Virus record (IMG/VR): IMGVR_UViG_2756170199_000003
Span: 1 to 64,000 of that record
Length of the DNA: 64,000 nucleotides
DNA from: a virus
Taxonomy: Duplodnaviria > Caudoviricetes
Direction: 5' to 3' (one strand)
The stretch's first letter is position 1. Each line of letters begins with the position of its first letter. The notes under the pieces are model-generated. The model searched no databases. It saw only the letters and a program-made list of their open reading frames with translations, and was not told where the DNA came from. A program made the translations under genes and the position numbers. Shown one piece after another: positions 46,093 through 57,200 of this stretch.

Positions 46093-47412
46093 ATGACGAC
46101 ACCCCTGAATCCGAACATAGGCGCATCGGGTCTGTGGTCGCTGGTCGCGCCCTTCGACCAGTTGCTGCTGCCCGATGTGGCCTACAGCTGCGTGGCAGTT
46201 CGCCTGCTCGCCGATATCATCGCCTCGGGCGGCGACCCGTTCACGCTTTATTACGAGCCGCAAAATCTTGCGCAGACCGACTATCAGAATGATGTCGCCG
46301 CGGGTGCGACGATCGTGTCTTTGCAGGCCACGGGTGGCAACTGGCTTCATGTGCCCAGCACGTATATCAGCCAGATGCCCAACGCGAACAACATCCCGTA
46401 CCGGGGAATCGTGCTGGGCGTGAATCTGGGGGCGCTACCCGATTCGCTCGACCTCACCTATCTGAAATCGCAGGTGAGCGCCGTGGTACAGGACACGATT
46501 GGCGTTCTTCCTGCCGCAGTCACATCGCTTGCCGTGACACCAAAGACGCTCATCAGCCCTGCGGAAGACACGTCGATCACCGCGAGCCGCCAGGCACTGA
46601 TGGCAGCCAATGGCACGCCTACCGCGCAACTCATCGCGGCGCGCGCGCAGATCGCCACGCTGCAACAGCAGATCGCGGCGCTCTCGCAGTTCATCCAGGG
46701 GTTGATCGATGACGGCACAATTCCCGGTGCCAGCATTCCGGGACCCGGCGATGGTGGAGATGGCACCGAAGTCGTGCCGGGGGTGACCGCGACCTTTGAC
46801 CCTGAATTGCTGCCCGACGGCATGGATCTCGCGAACAGCAGCATGACAGTGATCGCGACGCTCAACGAGTGGCTGACCGCGCGCACGACCTACGGGCAGG
46901 TGTCAGGCTACTTCTATGCCGAGGCGACCTACGATCGTCTGACTGGTGCAACGGGGTTCGGACTGGTGAACCAGTTTGGCGCGCCGGTGGGAGAACTCGG
47001 CGCAGACGCGAACAGCATCATGGCGTTCACCAACGTGGCCAAAGCCACGAGCGGCGTCTATTACCTGGGCGGCCTCGTCTCCTCGATCGGTGCGCAACCC
47101 CCATCGCAGGGCATGACGCTCGGGATGGCGGTCAATCTTGTCGACAGGCTCGTGTGGTTCTACAACCCGGTCACACAGCAATGGAACGGCGGCACGCTGA
47201 CGAACCAGAACCCCGTTGGCAATCTTGGCGGCGTATCCATCGATAGCATCTGTGTGCACAGCGGGCAGGCCGCCCAGGTGTTTCCTGCGGCCTCGACCTG
47301 GCAGGTCGCCGATCAGGTGACGTTCAATCCCGGCACCAGTGCGTTCGTGAACGCCGTGCCGGACGGCTACATGCCGTGGAACACCCAGGCTGGCTCAGTC
47401 TCGACGGATTGA
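46093..47412 (+). CDS. Virion protein with a phiKZ-like N-terminal domain fused to a SPRY/B30.2-like domain
   Basis: N-terminal G.W.L..PF...Y.C.AVR and HVPS.YI...P; coiled coil; C-terminal SG.FY.E, LGMAVNL, FPAAS, FNPG...F...VPDGY.PW. Confidence 0.7.
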   Translation: MTTPLNPNIGASGLWSLVAPFDQLLLPDVAYSCVAVRLLADIIASGGDPFTLYYEPQNLAQTDYQNDVAAGATIVSLQATGGNWLHVPSTYISQMPNANNIPYRGIVLGVNLGALPDSLDLTYLKSQVSAVVQDTIGVLPAAVTSLAVTPKTLISPAEDTSITASRQALMAANGTPTAQLIAARAQIATLQQQIAALSQFIQGLIDDGTIPGASIPGPGDGGDGTEVVPGVTATFDPELLPDGMDLANSSMTVIATLNEWLTARTTYGQVSGYFYAEATYDRLTGATGFGLVNQFGAPVGELGADANSIMAFTNVAKATSGVYYLGGLVSSIGAQPPSQGMTLGMAVNLVDRLVWFYNPVTQQWNGGTLTNQNPVGNLGGVSIDSICVHSGQAAQVFPAASTWQVADQVTFNPGTSAFVNAVPDGYMPWNTQAGSVSTD

Positions 47413-47443
47413 TGGACAGGCTGCGGCTGCGGCTGCGGAATCG

Positions 47444-48748
47444 TCACTGAACGAAGGCTGCATCCTCAACCTCACCGTCCTTATCGTATCGCAGTGCAAG
47501 GCTCACGTCACCGTTGCCATGCGTGAGCTGCTGCGTGCTTTGATCAAGCTTCTGCATGAGCCCGGCAAAATTCGACGTCTGAACACTCGCCTCTGCCCCC
47601 AGTTCATTCGCCAACCGATAAATTTCCGTCCTCCGGTAATCGACCAGCTCGGTCTTCTCGGTGCGGGACTTCTCTAGCAGCTGATTGGCTTTCCCAATCA
47701 CCGCGTTGCGGAACGCATCCACCAGGTTGAGCCACTCCTCGAGTTCGGGGCGCATGCGCGTATATTTGCGCCCTGTCGGATCAAGGTACGTGACGATCAT
47801 GTTCGACACAGCAGCCAGCTGCAACAACAGTCCATAACGTACAAGCAGCGGCTGAATATTGCGCACCAGCTCGCGAAGCTCCTTGTGCGTGTTAGTCGTG
47901 CCGAATGTGTCCTTGTCCGTCAGGTTCCTGATGCGCCGGGTCAAATCAACGAGGTCCCCCTGAACCTTGTTGCGCCAGGCGAATCCCTGATGATTGATGC
48001 TCTCGATCACATGGGACTTTTCGCTCGAGACTTCGATGGGTCGATGTCCATCCTTCATGTGCTGCGCGATTTCGCTCAGGTACGCGATGGCGCCAGAAAT
48101 GTTGGCCTGGTCTGCAGCCTCAAGTCGCTCGATCAGCTCGGAAATACCGCTTTTGATTTTGCCGAGACTGCGCTCGATATCCGCAAGATGGGCCTGGGCC
48201 ACCGCGATGCTCACGAGCTGGAATGCCCCGACTGCGAGTTGACGGGCAGAACCCGCCTGCACAATCCGCCCCTTGCCCGCGACCTGTCCGGTCACGTCGA
48301 CAGCGTCGGCCAGAACCTCTCCCGACTTTGTCTTCATGAGCGTATAGGTTCCATCCTTGAGTCCCTGCGCGATTTCCGGTTTGAAGACCAGGCGTATGGT
48401 CTTGCCGGGGATACTCGCCCCCGCTTTCAGGAAATCGGAAGCAAGATGCCCCAGTCTGTCGATCTCCTCACTCGACGAATCGAGCCGTCGCGCAGTAAAC
48501 GGTATACCGGATATCTGCTCAACGTTCATCACGACAACGCCCTCGGAATCAACGAGCTCGACGTCGTGAAACGCCTCCTGCACGGGCGGCGCAGGAACCG
48601 GATCGGCTTCAGCCGGAACCACCTCGACGGGAGCTGCGGCAACGGTGCGAGCATCACTACGTTGAGGAGCCCGCCGCTGGCCAGCCTTGTAGGCGAGAAA
48701 AACAGCGACGAGAGCGATCAGCACGATCGCGACGATTACAGTTGTCAC
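47444..48748 (-). CDS. Membrane-anchored helical protein (moron-like)
   Basis: GTG start, N-terminal TM helix, long amphipathic helices; codon style differs from the flanking genes. Confidence 0.72.
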   Translation of the reverse strand: MTTVIVAIVLIALVAVFLAYKAGQRRAPQRSDARTVAAAPVEVVPAEADPVPAPPVQEAFHDVELVDSEGVVVMNVEQISGIPFTARRLDSSSEEIDRLGHLASDFLKAGASIPGKTIRLVFKPEIAQGLKDGTYTLMKTKSGEVLADAVDVTGQVAGKGRIVQAGSARQLAVGAFQLVSIAVAQAHLADIERSLGKIKSGISELIERLEAADQANISGAIAYLSEIAQHMKDGHRPIEVSSEKSHVIESINHQGFAWRNKVQGDLVDLTRRIRNLTDKDTFGTTNTHKELRELVRNIQPLLVRYGLLLQLAAVSNMIVTYLDPTGRKYTRMRPELEEWLNLVDAFRNAVIGKANQLLEKSRTEKTELVDYRRTEIYRLANELGAEASVQTSNFAGLMQKLDQSTQQLTHGNGDVSLALRYDKDGEVEDAAFVQ

Positions 48749-48905
48749 AGCAACATCCCCGAAGATTTCTTGTGATCCGGTCTTGTCTGCCTGGTCCGGT
48801 TCGCAGGAGGTCCTTGTTTAAACGAGTCCACAGTTTGCCAGAAGATGACTCAGCCAGTCACAAACGATCCACCCCGCATATGGGTGTGCGCGTTTGTCGC
48901 GAGCG

Positions 48906-51176
48906 TCAGATTTTCGTATCGATTCCCTTGAAGAATCCCGAAATCAGACGCGCGGGCATGATGTCCCCCGCGAAGCTCGCCCAATGCGCAGGCGACATCC
49001 ATGATCGCCACTGCGCCATCTGCATGGTGAGATTGAGCTTCAGTCGCCGGAACACATAAATCTGGTCGGCGAGACCCAACCCGCCCAGTACCGCCATGTA
49101 GTCGGTGAAGGGGTTATCGCCGTCAAAGATGTTGTCGAGCGACGTCGCCACATTCGACACCGTATCGACGACTGTCCCGAGCGCCGCGCCCGCCACCGAC
49201 ATGGCCGTCGCTGCCGGAAGTGCCGCCGCAGCGGCGCCTGCTCCGCCCGCCACCGCGCCCACTGGCCCCGCCACTGCGCCCCCGCCGACTGCCCCAGCCA
49301 CAGCTGCCGCGCCTTCCGTGACCGCAAATCCGAGACTCGCGCCCGTCTGTGCCGCCGCCGTACTCAGGCCCTGGCTGATGGGCAGATACACCAGCGATGA
49401 GAGGTCCGCGACCGTGAACGTCACGTCAATGCCCAGTGCCCTGCCCTCACTATTGAAGCCGAGGTTGCCTGTGCCGCGCGTCACCGACAGACTGTCGATG
49501 ATACCGAGCCGGATCTGGCAGCGGCCGCGGTCATACAGCTCACAGATAAATGGCGCCGTGTAGGACTGACGACCCGTGGCGAGCGGCAGCGCGCCGGCGA
49601 TCAGCATCGCGAGCGGAATATAGAGATTGATGAGCTGCGAAACCGGATTGCCATAGGGGCTCACCAGGTTCACCGTATAGCTCGTTCTGGCGAGCGTTGC
49701 GGATGCCGACTGCCAGTGGCGTGGAATATCAACAAAGGCTGAGCCTCCGAGCGCGGCCAGCCCCGAGAGCCCCATGCCGCCCGCGATGCCCGCGGCGAAA
49801 TCCATTGCGTCGTTGACCGCAGTGCCGACGAGTCCGAGCACCCCGCCGCTTGCGAGATTGCCACCCGCTGCATCGAAGCGCGTGGTCCGAGCCTGACTCG
49901 ACATGCTGTTGATCTTGTTCGCGATCTCGGAATCCGCAGTCTGATTCTGGAACGAGTCGGTCACCGAGCCCGTTGCGTTCACGCGGAAGCTGACGAAGGA
50001 ACCGCCGTCATTGAGCTCCGCATTCAGGAAATCGAAGAAGCCGGCGTTATCGCTCTGGGACTGCGAGAAATTCTCGGTAACCGAGTCGAGCGTCGCGTTA
50101 TCCTGCGTCTGGGTGACGGTTGACGACGCGCCCGATGTATCGGTGCTGGTTGTGCCGGTGGAGTCTGCTGGCGCGCTTGTGCCTGCCGCACTATCGTCCC
50201 CTCCGCCGGATGGCTTCACCTGCGCATTGGCGACGGTGCCGAACCACTGCGAGATGTAGTCGCTGAACGAGCGTGCGCCTGTATCGGTCAGCTTGTTGCC
50301 TGGACTGAAGATGCCCTGAATGACCGAGGACAGGTTCTGGCTCGTCAGCGCCCCGGTATCCATGGCGGCCTGATACATCGCGGTCTGCTTCGCCTCAAGG
50401 CGCCTTGCACGCGTGGACATCTTGTACACATCGATACCGCCACCATCGAAGAAGATGTCCGGCCACGCCGCCTGCATTTGTGCAATGGCTGCTGCATCAA
50501 ACTGGTACTGGTCACCAAGCCCCGGAATGTTCGTCACGTCGGCGCCCACCACCGCCTCACCCGCGCGAGGAATCACGCCGAGATTCACTGCGATCTGGTT
50601 GACGATGGTCTGCACAATCTGCCAGTAGACCGGCATCGTGCGCTTGAGGTAATAGAACTTCGATGAGGGCTTGTTCATCAGGAAATTCAGCCCAACGCCT
50701 GCCAGATGAAACGCGAGCAGTCTCCAGCTCATCAGCGACACGACGAAGCCGGCCGCTTTCCCCAATGTGTAAAAGAAGGTCGTGCCGCGTCCGGTTCTCG
50801 CGAGCACGCCAGCCCCACTGTTGTAGAAGGACGTAAAGAACTGTGTGAGCGAGTTGAACTGCGGGACACCAAAGCTCATGTGAATGACCTGGGCGTGATC
50901 GTCGATCGCCTCGCTGTAATAGATGCCAAGGCCGTTGCTGCCATTCAGGCGCGAAGGCGCTTTCGGGTCGGCGTAGCGTGTGAACTGTGGCGGCGGATTG
51001 ATGGCGATGTTGCCGCCCGGGCGTGTGTCGACATACTTGAGTGCAGCACTCGTAAAAAAGCGGTTTGAGGCATCGGCGCTGCCGGTCGCGAAATACGATG
51101 AAGGCACGAGAAACGATTGCCTCACCCAGCTCACATCGCTGCCCTGAATATCGAGCGTGTTCAGGTTGGTAATCAT
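48906..51176 (-). CDS. Tail/baseplate protein (phiKZ gp182-like)
   Basis: ATG at 51176 after AGGA; INPPPQFTRYAD, YYSEAIDD, FGVPQFNSL, SPYGN and GIIDSLSVTRG motifs; downstream of the gp181-like gene. Confidence 0.75.
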   Translation of the reverse strand: MITNLNTLDIQGSDVSWVRQSFLVPSSYFATGSADASNRFFTSAALKYVDTRPGGNIAINPPPQFTRYADPKAPSRLNGSNGLGIYYSEAIDDHAQVIHMSFGVPQFNSLTQFFTSFYNSGAGVLARTGRGTTFFYTLGKAAGFVVSLMSWRLLAFHLAGVGLNFLMNKPSSKFYYLKRTMPVYWQIVQTIVNQIAVNLGVIPRAGEAVVGADVTNIPGLGDQYQFDAAAIAQMQAAWPDIFFDGGGIDVYKMSTRARRLEAKQTAMYQAAMDTGALTSQNLSSVIQGIFSPGNKLTDTGARSFSDYISQWFGTVANAQVKPSGGGDDSAAGTSAPADSTGTTSTDTSGASSTVTQTQDNATLDSVTENFSQSQSDNAGFFDFLNAELNDGGSFVSFRVNATGSVTDSFQNQTADSEIANKINSMSSQARTTRFDAAGGNLASGGVLGLVGTAVNDAMDFAAGIAGGMGLSGLAALGGSAFVDIPRHWQSASATLARTSYTVNLVSPYGNPVSQLINLYIPLAMLIAGALPLATGRQSYTAPFICELYDRGRCQIRLGIIDSLSVTRGTGNLGFNSEGRALGIDVTFTVADLSSLVYLPISQGLSTAAAQTGASLGFAVTEGAAAVAGAVGGGAVAGPVGAVAGGAGAAAAALPAATAMSVAGAALGTVVDTVSNVATSLDNIFDGDNPFTDYMAVLGGLGLADQIYVFRRLKLNLTMQMAQWRSWMSPAHWASFAGDIMPARLISGFFKGIDTKI

Positions 51177-51194
51177 GTCGTAGTCCTGAATGAT

Positions 51195-51235
51195 GGAAAG
51201 TCTCCGCGCGGCATGGAGATGCGCGGAGACTTTCC
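51195..51235. repeat. 15-bp perfect inverted repeat (stem-loop)
   Basis: GGAAAGTCTCCGCGC (51195-51209) / GCGCGGAGACTTTCC (51221-51235); no U tract on the coding strand. Confidence 0.8.
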
Positions 51236-51252
51236 GGGGCTTGCTGCCTGGG

Positions 51253-54200
51253 TTACGCCATCTTGACCATCGAGACCGGGGGCGTGGGCATCGTGCGCGC
51301 CGCGCCGCGCGCAAATGACTGGGCCGTCCCGGTGCTGCGGGGAGCGGTGCCGGCGCCCTGAGCTGTCGACGCGGTTGAGGTCTGGGTTACGGCCTGCTGT
51401 ACCAGGGCGTACAGGGCCTTCATGACATCGAGCGTTTGCTCGTGGACCTTGAGCGAAGCCTCCAGCGTCTGCCCAACGCCGCCGAGCGCGTCCATATGCT
51501 CGTCGTGCCGGGCCTGCTGGACCGCCATGATGGACTTCGATCCCTGGTCGATCGGCTGGACCGATTGCGGCCCGAATCCAAACGATGCGAACGGCGATGT
51601 GCCAGCGGCAGGCAACGGCTGCAGTTGGGGCAGTTTTCCGGCGAGGCTTCCCACGACATTGCCTGCTGCGCGTTCGAGTCCGGCTGCCGGGCCTGTCGTC
51701 GCCAGCCCTGTTTTCATCAGCGTGGCATCAACCAGCGCCGTCGCTGCGCCCGTTGCAGGCGGACGTTGCCCAACCGGTACCGGCGCGCCTGACGAAGCCG
51801 CCGGAGGCGGTGTTGCCGGCGCCGCTGGCGATCCTGCCGCGGATCTGGTGGTGGGGGCAGCGACGGGCGTGGCCGCCGCACCCGCCGGCATGGTCGCCCC
51901 TGCGCCCACCCCACTCGTGCCAGCCGTCGCCGGCGTGATGGCCGCCGCGGCTGTCGTGGCACCGGCTGCGCCCGCTGCACCACCGACTGGCTTTGCAGGC
52001 GCCGTCAGAGCCTGACCGTTAGTTGCACCGACGCCAGACGAGCCACCTGCCGGGGGCGCGCCCGGCGTCTTGCCAGCGTCAGCGCCCGTTTTGACCGGGG
52101 ACGACGCGACATCTGTCGCACCGCTCGTCACCCCCGTCTGTTTGAGTCCGAGCTGCACGCGGCGGCCAATCTCGGCATAGACCTGGGCGACCGTGCGATG
52201 CGAGCCGTCCTTGTTGAAGAAGATGGACCGGTTGGCCGCTGCGGGTCCTGGCATCAACGCGACGGCATCGGTCCCGGGATCGGCCTTGAGCAGTTGCCGC
52301 GCGCCCCCCGCACCGAGAAAGTGCGCAAGATAAACGTCGGTCGGCGTGAGATTCGACTTCACGCCCCTGAGCGCCGCCACGTTCTCCTTGATGAACTCAG
52401 CGCCCATCAGCGCGCTTGCGCGCGGATCGGTTTGCGGTGTATTGGGCGGGATGTCGTACTTCGGACCATACTTCCTCAGCATGGTCTGCCAGGTGCTGTT
52501 GATGAACTGGAAGAGGCCCGAGGCGCTGCTCGTGCCCGCCTTCGCAGCCGGGTTGAACGCCGATTCGATCGCCCCGATTGCGGCCAGCAGGATCGGATCG
52601 ACGCCCACCATCGACGCGGCCTTGCCGATCAGGTCCTTCACCGCGCTCCAGCCCTTGCCAATCGGCAGTGGCAACTGGCCGATCTTTCCGCCCAGCGCCT
52701 GAAGGCCTGTCCTGATCGCCCCACCTGCCGCGCCAGCGACGCCCGTGACGGCTTCCTTCACACCTGACACTGCCTTGCCAGTTGCGGTGACTACAGCGCC
52801 GCCTGCCTGCTTGGCAGCCTCCCAGGTCTGTTTTGCAGCGCTCTCAACGCCGGAGGCCACCTTGCCAGCGATGTCCTTCGCACCACCCCACATCCCCGCG
52901 ATCAGGCTTCCCGCCGTTCCCATTCCCGCTTCGACCTTGTCGGTGAGCAGGTCCGTCCAGCCCTTGCCCTGATCTTTCGCCGGCGTAGATGCGGTCCCCG
53001 ATGCCGCGCCCTGTGCCTTCTTCGCATCTTCAGACTTGCCTTTCGCGATTGCAGCGGCCGCCACCACACCGGCCTTCTTCAGCCCCGCTTTCGCACCGGC
53101 GGTGGTATCCCCCGGCATCCTGTCGATTTCCGCCTGCGCGGCGGCGACATACGTGCTCACCTCCTTCGGACCGGCATCGAGTGTGAGACTGCGATGCAGT
53201 GTCAGTATCGAGCCATGGAACGGCGAACGCATTTCGCTGTACGGACCATTGGGCCACGAAACAGCCTTCAGGAACTGTTGCCGGTCGTCCTTCTTCGTGA
53301 GCTTGTCGTCGACCTCGGCCAGCTCGAGATTTCTGCCCATCGATTTGAGGGCCGTCAGGTGCGTACAGAACACCGGTTTGAAGCGTCGCAGATACCAGGT
53401 CGCGAAATTAACGACCTCGCCGCGGTTTGCCGGATCAATATCGAAGGGGGCCACCACCTCGCGGAAATTGATCGACTTGCCGCTCACGTCGGCCTGAAGC
53501 CCTCCCTTTCCAGGGCGGTACCAGACGCCTTTCATGAGCGTCGCCTCGAGCGTGAGCACTGCCTTCACGCTGTCGTGATCGTCCGGCAGGAAACCATACT
53601 GCGCGATGCGCAGGCGCGTGAGTGGACCCGGCTTTTTCTCCAGCAGCCTTTTGATGCCGCGATACGCGAGATACCCCGCACCCGCAAGCGCCGCCGCGCC
53701 GAGCACCACCGGCAGCGACAGGAAACCGCCGACGGCTGCCAGCCCGCCGCCGATCAGCTCGCCCGCAGCTGCCACTCCGGTGGCAAGTCCCCCGGCAACA
53801 CCTCCAGCAATGCCTGCGAGGGAGCCACCAAGCGCGCCCGCGCCGGCGGTCCCGGCAGCGAGTGCTTCAGCACCCGTTGCGCCAGCGGCAAGGGCTTCTG
53901 CGCCCCCCGCCGCACTGGCAACGCCCGCTGTACCTTCGGTCAGTGCCGCGCGACCAAGCAGCCGGCCAACACCCCTGCCCAGCAGTTTCTTCCCGCCGCC
54001 AGCGAGCGCTTTCACGCCGCGACCGGCCCACTTCGCGCCACGCAGCAGCTTGCCGCCACCCCAACGACCAAGCTTGCGTTCGATCCAGTCTTCAGCGGCC
54101 GTTTTCAGGCCACCGCCCGTTTCCCCGTCGCCGTCGCCGTCGTCTCCGCCCTCCTTGCCTTTACCCTTGCCCAGCCTCCTGAGCTTGCCGAGCAGCCCGC

Positions 54201-57200
54201 TCAAACCCGCAAGAATCCCGCGGGTCGGTGTGCCCTCCCTGTCCGCATCAACCGCCTTTTCTTTTTCGGCGAGTCCTTTCCTGCGTTCAAGGTCTTCCCA
54301 TGAATTCCGGATAACGCCGGTACCCTCCTCATCGCCAACGACCCGCTTCTTCGGCTTGCGCAGACGCTCGAGCAGGATGTCGCGGATTTCAGTCAGGCGC
54401 TCCGTGATGGTCTTCGAGCCAGCGAACATGATGCCGTCCGGCCCCAGCCACTTGTTGAACCATTCGCCCAGACCCCGGAACGGCGAGAGCGCCAGATCCT
54501 TGAGCGCGCCCGCGCCCTTTCTCACCGCGCCGAGCAACCCCTTGACCGGTGCCATGACGAGCGAGGCGAGCTTCATGAGCGGCGTGCGGATGGGCCGGCC
54601 TTGCGCGTCAACAATGCCTTTGGCCAGGTCCTCCTTCCTGAGCACGACCTGAGGATTATTCCGGTCGCTATGGTCGACCACAGGACCATCGATCATGCCG
54701 GGACGCAGGATCACCCTGTCTTCGTGAAGCTGCGAACGATAGGCGCCTGCGCGCATCATGATCGCAAGCAGACGCGGTTCGCGCTCGCCCTTCACGTAGA
54801 TATCGACGGGCGCATCGAGCAGTTCCATGCCGCGGCGGGCGAGCATCACGCCGGTCTTCGCCGCTCTCATGGCGAGCGAGACAACATCGCTCCTCAGTGT
54901 CTCCGCGGCGCGCCCAAGGAATTTCGCGCCAGCACCCAGTGCCGAAATGAGCTTGCCCTTAGCCCGCCCTGCTTTCGAATACGCCCTTGCAATATCCAAC
55001 GCCCGCAGGACGACGTTGCCGTTGTCCGAGGCATCGATCACATCGCCCTTGATATCCTTGTACGAGCGGATGATGACGCCGGTCTCGCGGTCGCGGTAGT
55101 CGCCATTACGCATCTTGCGCGCGAACAGCACGGGCTCGATGGATTCCGGCAGATAGATGTCCCTGAACCCCTCAGCGTACGCCAGCCCCTTGCGGCCTTT
55201 CACGCCCGCCCAGCCCAGCATCTTCGTGCCGATCCCCGGCTCCTGCCACCATTTCCAGCCCGCCTGCGCCGCCTGCTTCGCTGCGCCCCAACCGGCGCGC
55301 GCACCGCTCTTTGTCGCCTCGACGCCCGCGCTGGCGATGTCCCGCACGGTCCAGTCGGTAAAACGTTTGGGCCGGCGCCCACGCCCCATGCGCTCGCGCA
55401 ACCGTGCGAGCCGTTCTGCTGCACCGCCGGCTGCTCGTCCAGCGGCACGCCCCGCAGCGCGGCCGGCACCCGCAATTCCCTCACCCAAACCTTCGAAATC
55501 CGGCATCGCTGGAACAACGAGAAGCCCTTCCTCGATCTGCTTCTGGATCGCGAGCAGCGTTTCATGGATCTTCGCGGCGAGAGGTTTGCTGCTGTGATCC
55601 CGGATTGCGTCAATCACAGGCCCAAACGCATGGTCGGCCGGCGTGAAGCGATGTCCGAACGAAGTATCCGTGTGCGCTCGCAGCGGCCTGCCCCACTTCT
55701 GCTGGAGGAAAAGATCGACGTCGGCCGCAGCGGTGCCGTGTCGTTCGACCACGCCAGGCATGTCGCTGCGTTCACCTGGCACTGCCTGGTTTTCATCGTA
55801 GGTCACCGGTTGCCGGATTCCCGCCACACCCGCATCGGGTGCACCGGGCGGCACCACGCGATGCGCACCGCCCGTGAAGGGATGACGCCTGCGCCGCGGC
55901 TTCACGGATGACTTTGCGCGACGCGGTGCGCGCATGAACATCTGGATGGGTCGGGGCGTGCGCCGACGTGCCGCCATGATTCCGGCACCGCCCACCGGTC
56001 CCGTCGGCCGAAGACCACCTGCCGCATGCCCGCCCTCCGGCGTATAGTCTTCCGAGAGGTAGTAATCGATCAGGCGGTTCTGGTCGATGTAGCCGTTTTT
56101 GACGATCCCCGCTTCTTCGGCAAACTCGAGCATGCCGGCATTGATCAGTGACTGGACCATCTCGCGTGGATCGGCAATGCCACCGCCCAGACCTGCAAAG
56201 CGGGCATGAAACTCCTTCTGCCGCTCCTCCCGATCCTGTGCCCCGTAGTTCTGGAAGAGCTGCGCGAAGGTTCCCGCATGCTTCGATTCCTCGCCCGCAT
56301 AGCTCCACAGGTCACTGTAGCGTTTGAGTGACCCGGTACGGTTCGCGAAGTTGTCGCGCACAAGACGGCGGATCAACATCTGCCGCTGCTCCGCGGTGAG
56401 CTTCACGCCACCCGTTTTCTCGAGATCATCGATGAGCGAGCCTGCGTGCTCCTGGACGTACTCACGGTCACGCGGCTTCACGATCGATTCGAATGAACGC
56501 CTGAAGGTCTGCGAGCGTTCACGGAAGCGGTTGCCGGTCCAGTCGAACGACGTGAGCTCGACCTTCGTGTCGCCCGTGCGCAGGATCTGCAGCTCGCGAT
56601 AGATGCGCGCGAGAAAGCCCGGGATGATTTCGGTGATCGACTTCCGGACGAGATGCGTGAAAGGCGCGGGCTCCTGCAGGTTACGCAGGTTGTCGACCTG
56701 CACGCCCGTCTGCACGGCTCCCGCACGGATGATCTGGTTCTTGAGCCACTGCACCGCCGAGCCGACCACCGGTGTATCGTCGAGTCGATCCGAATACGCG
56801 AATTCCGTCAGGTGCTGGGGCACGCTCTGCGCCAGATGGCCCGCCGTATGACCGTGGCGCTCGAGGAAATTGCCAGCGCGCGTGCCCTTGAGCGAGCGGC
56901 CGATACGTGAGCCGAGCATCGAAGCGAGGCCGTGTGACGCCAGACCGCCGGCCATGTCGCCAGCCATCTCCGCACCGGAGGGCCCCATGCCTTCCATTCC
57001 CGACATGTTTGCGCCCATGTCGGCCATGCCAAGACCCATCTGTGCGCTGCCCACGAGATTGCGCAGCGACGAGGTGAGCGACGATTTGATCTGGCCGGTG
57101 AGTGAGCGCAGGAAGTTGCTGCGCTGGCCGAGAAACCAGCTGCCCGCGTTGCCCATGAAGCGGTTTCTGAGCAGCGTCGGCCAGTCCTCGCGCATTTTGA

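Noticed and set aside
47419-47438. Short (GGCTGC)x3 repeat
   Set aside because: Too short in GC-rich DNA to support a function.
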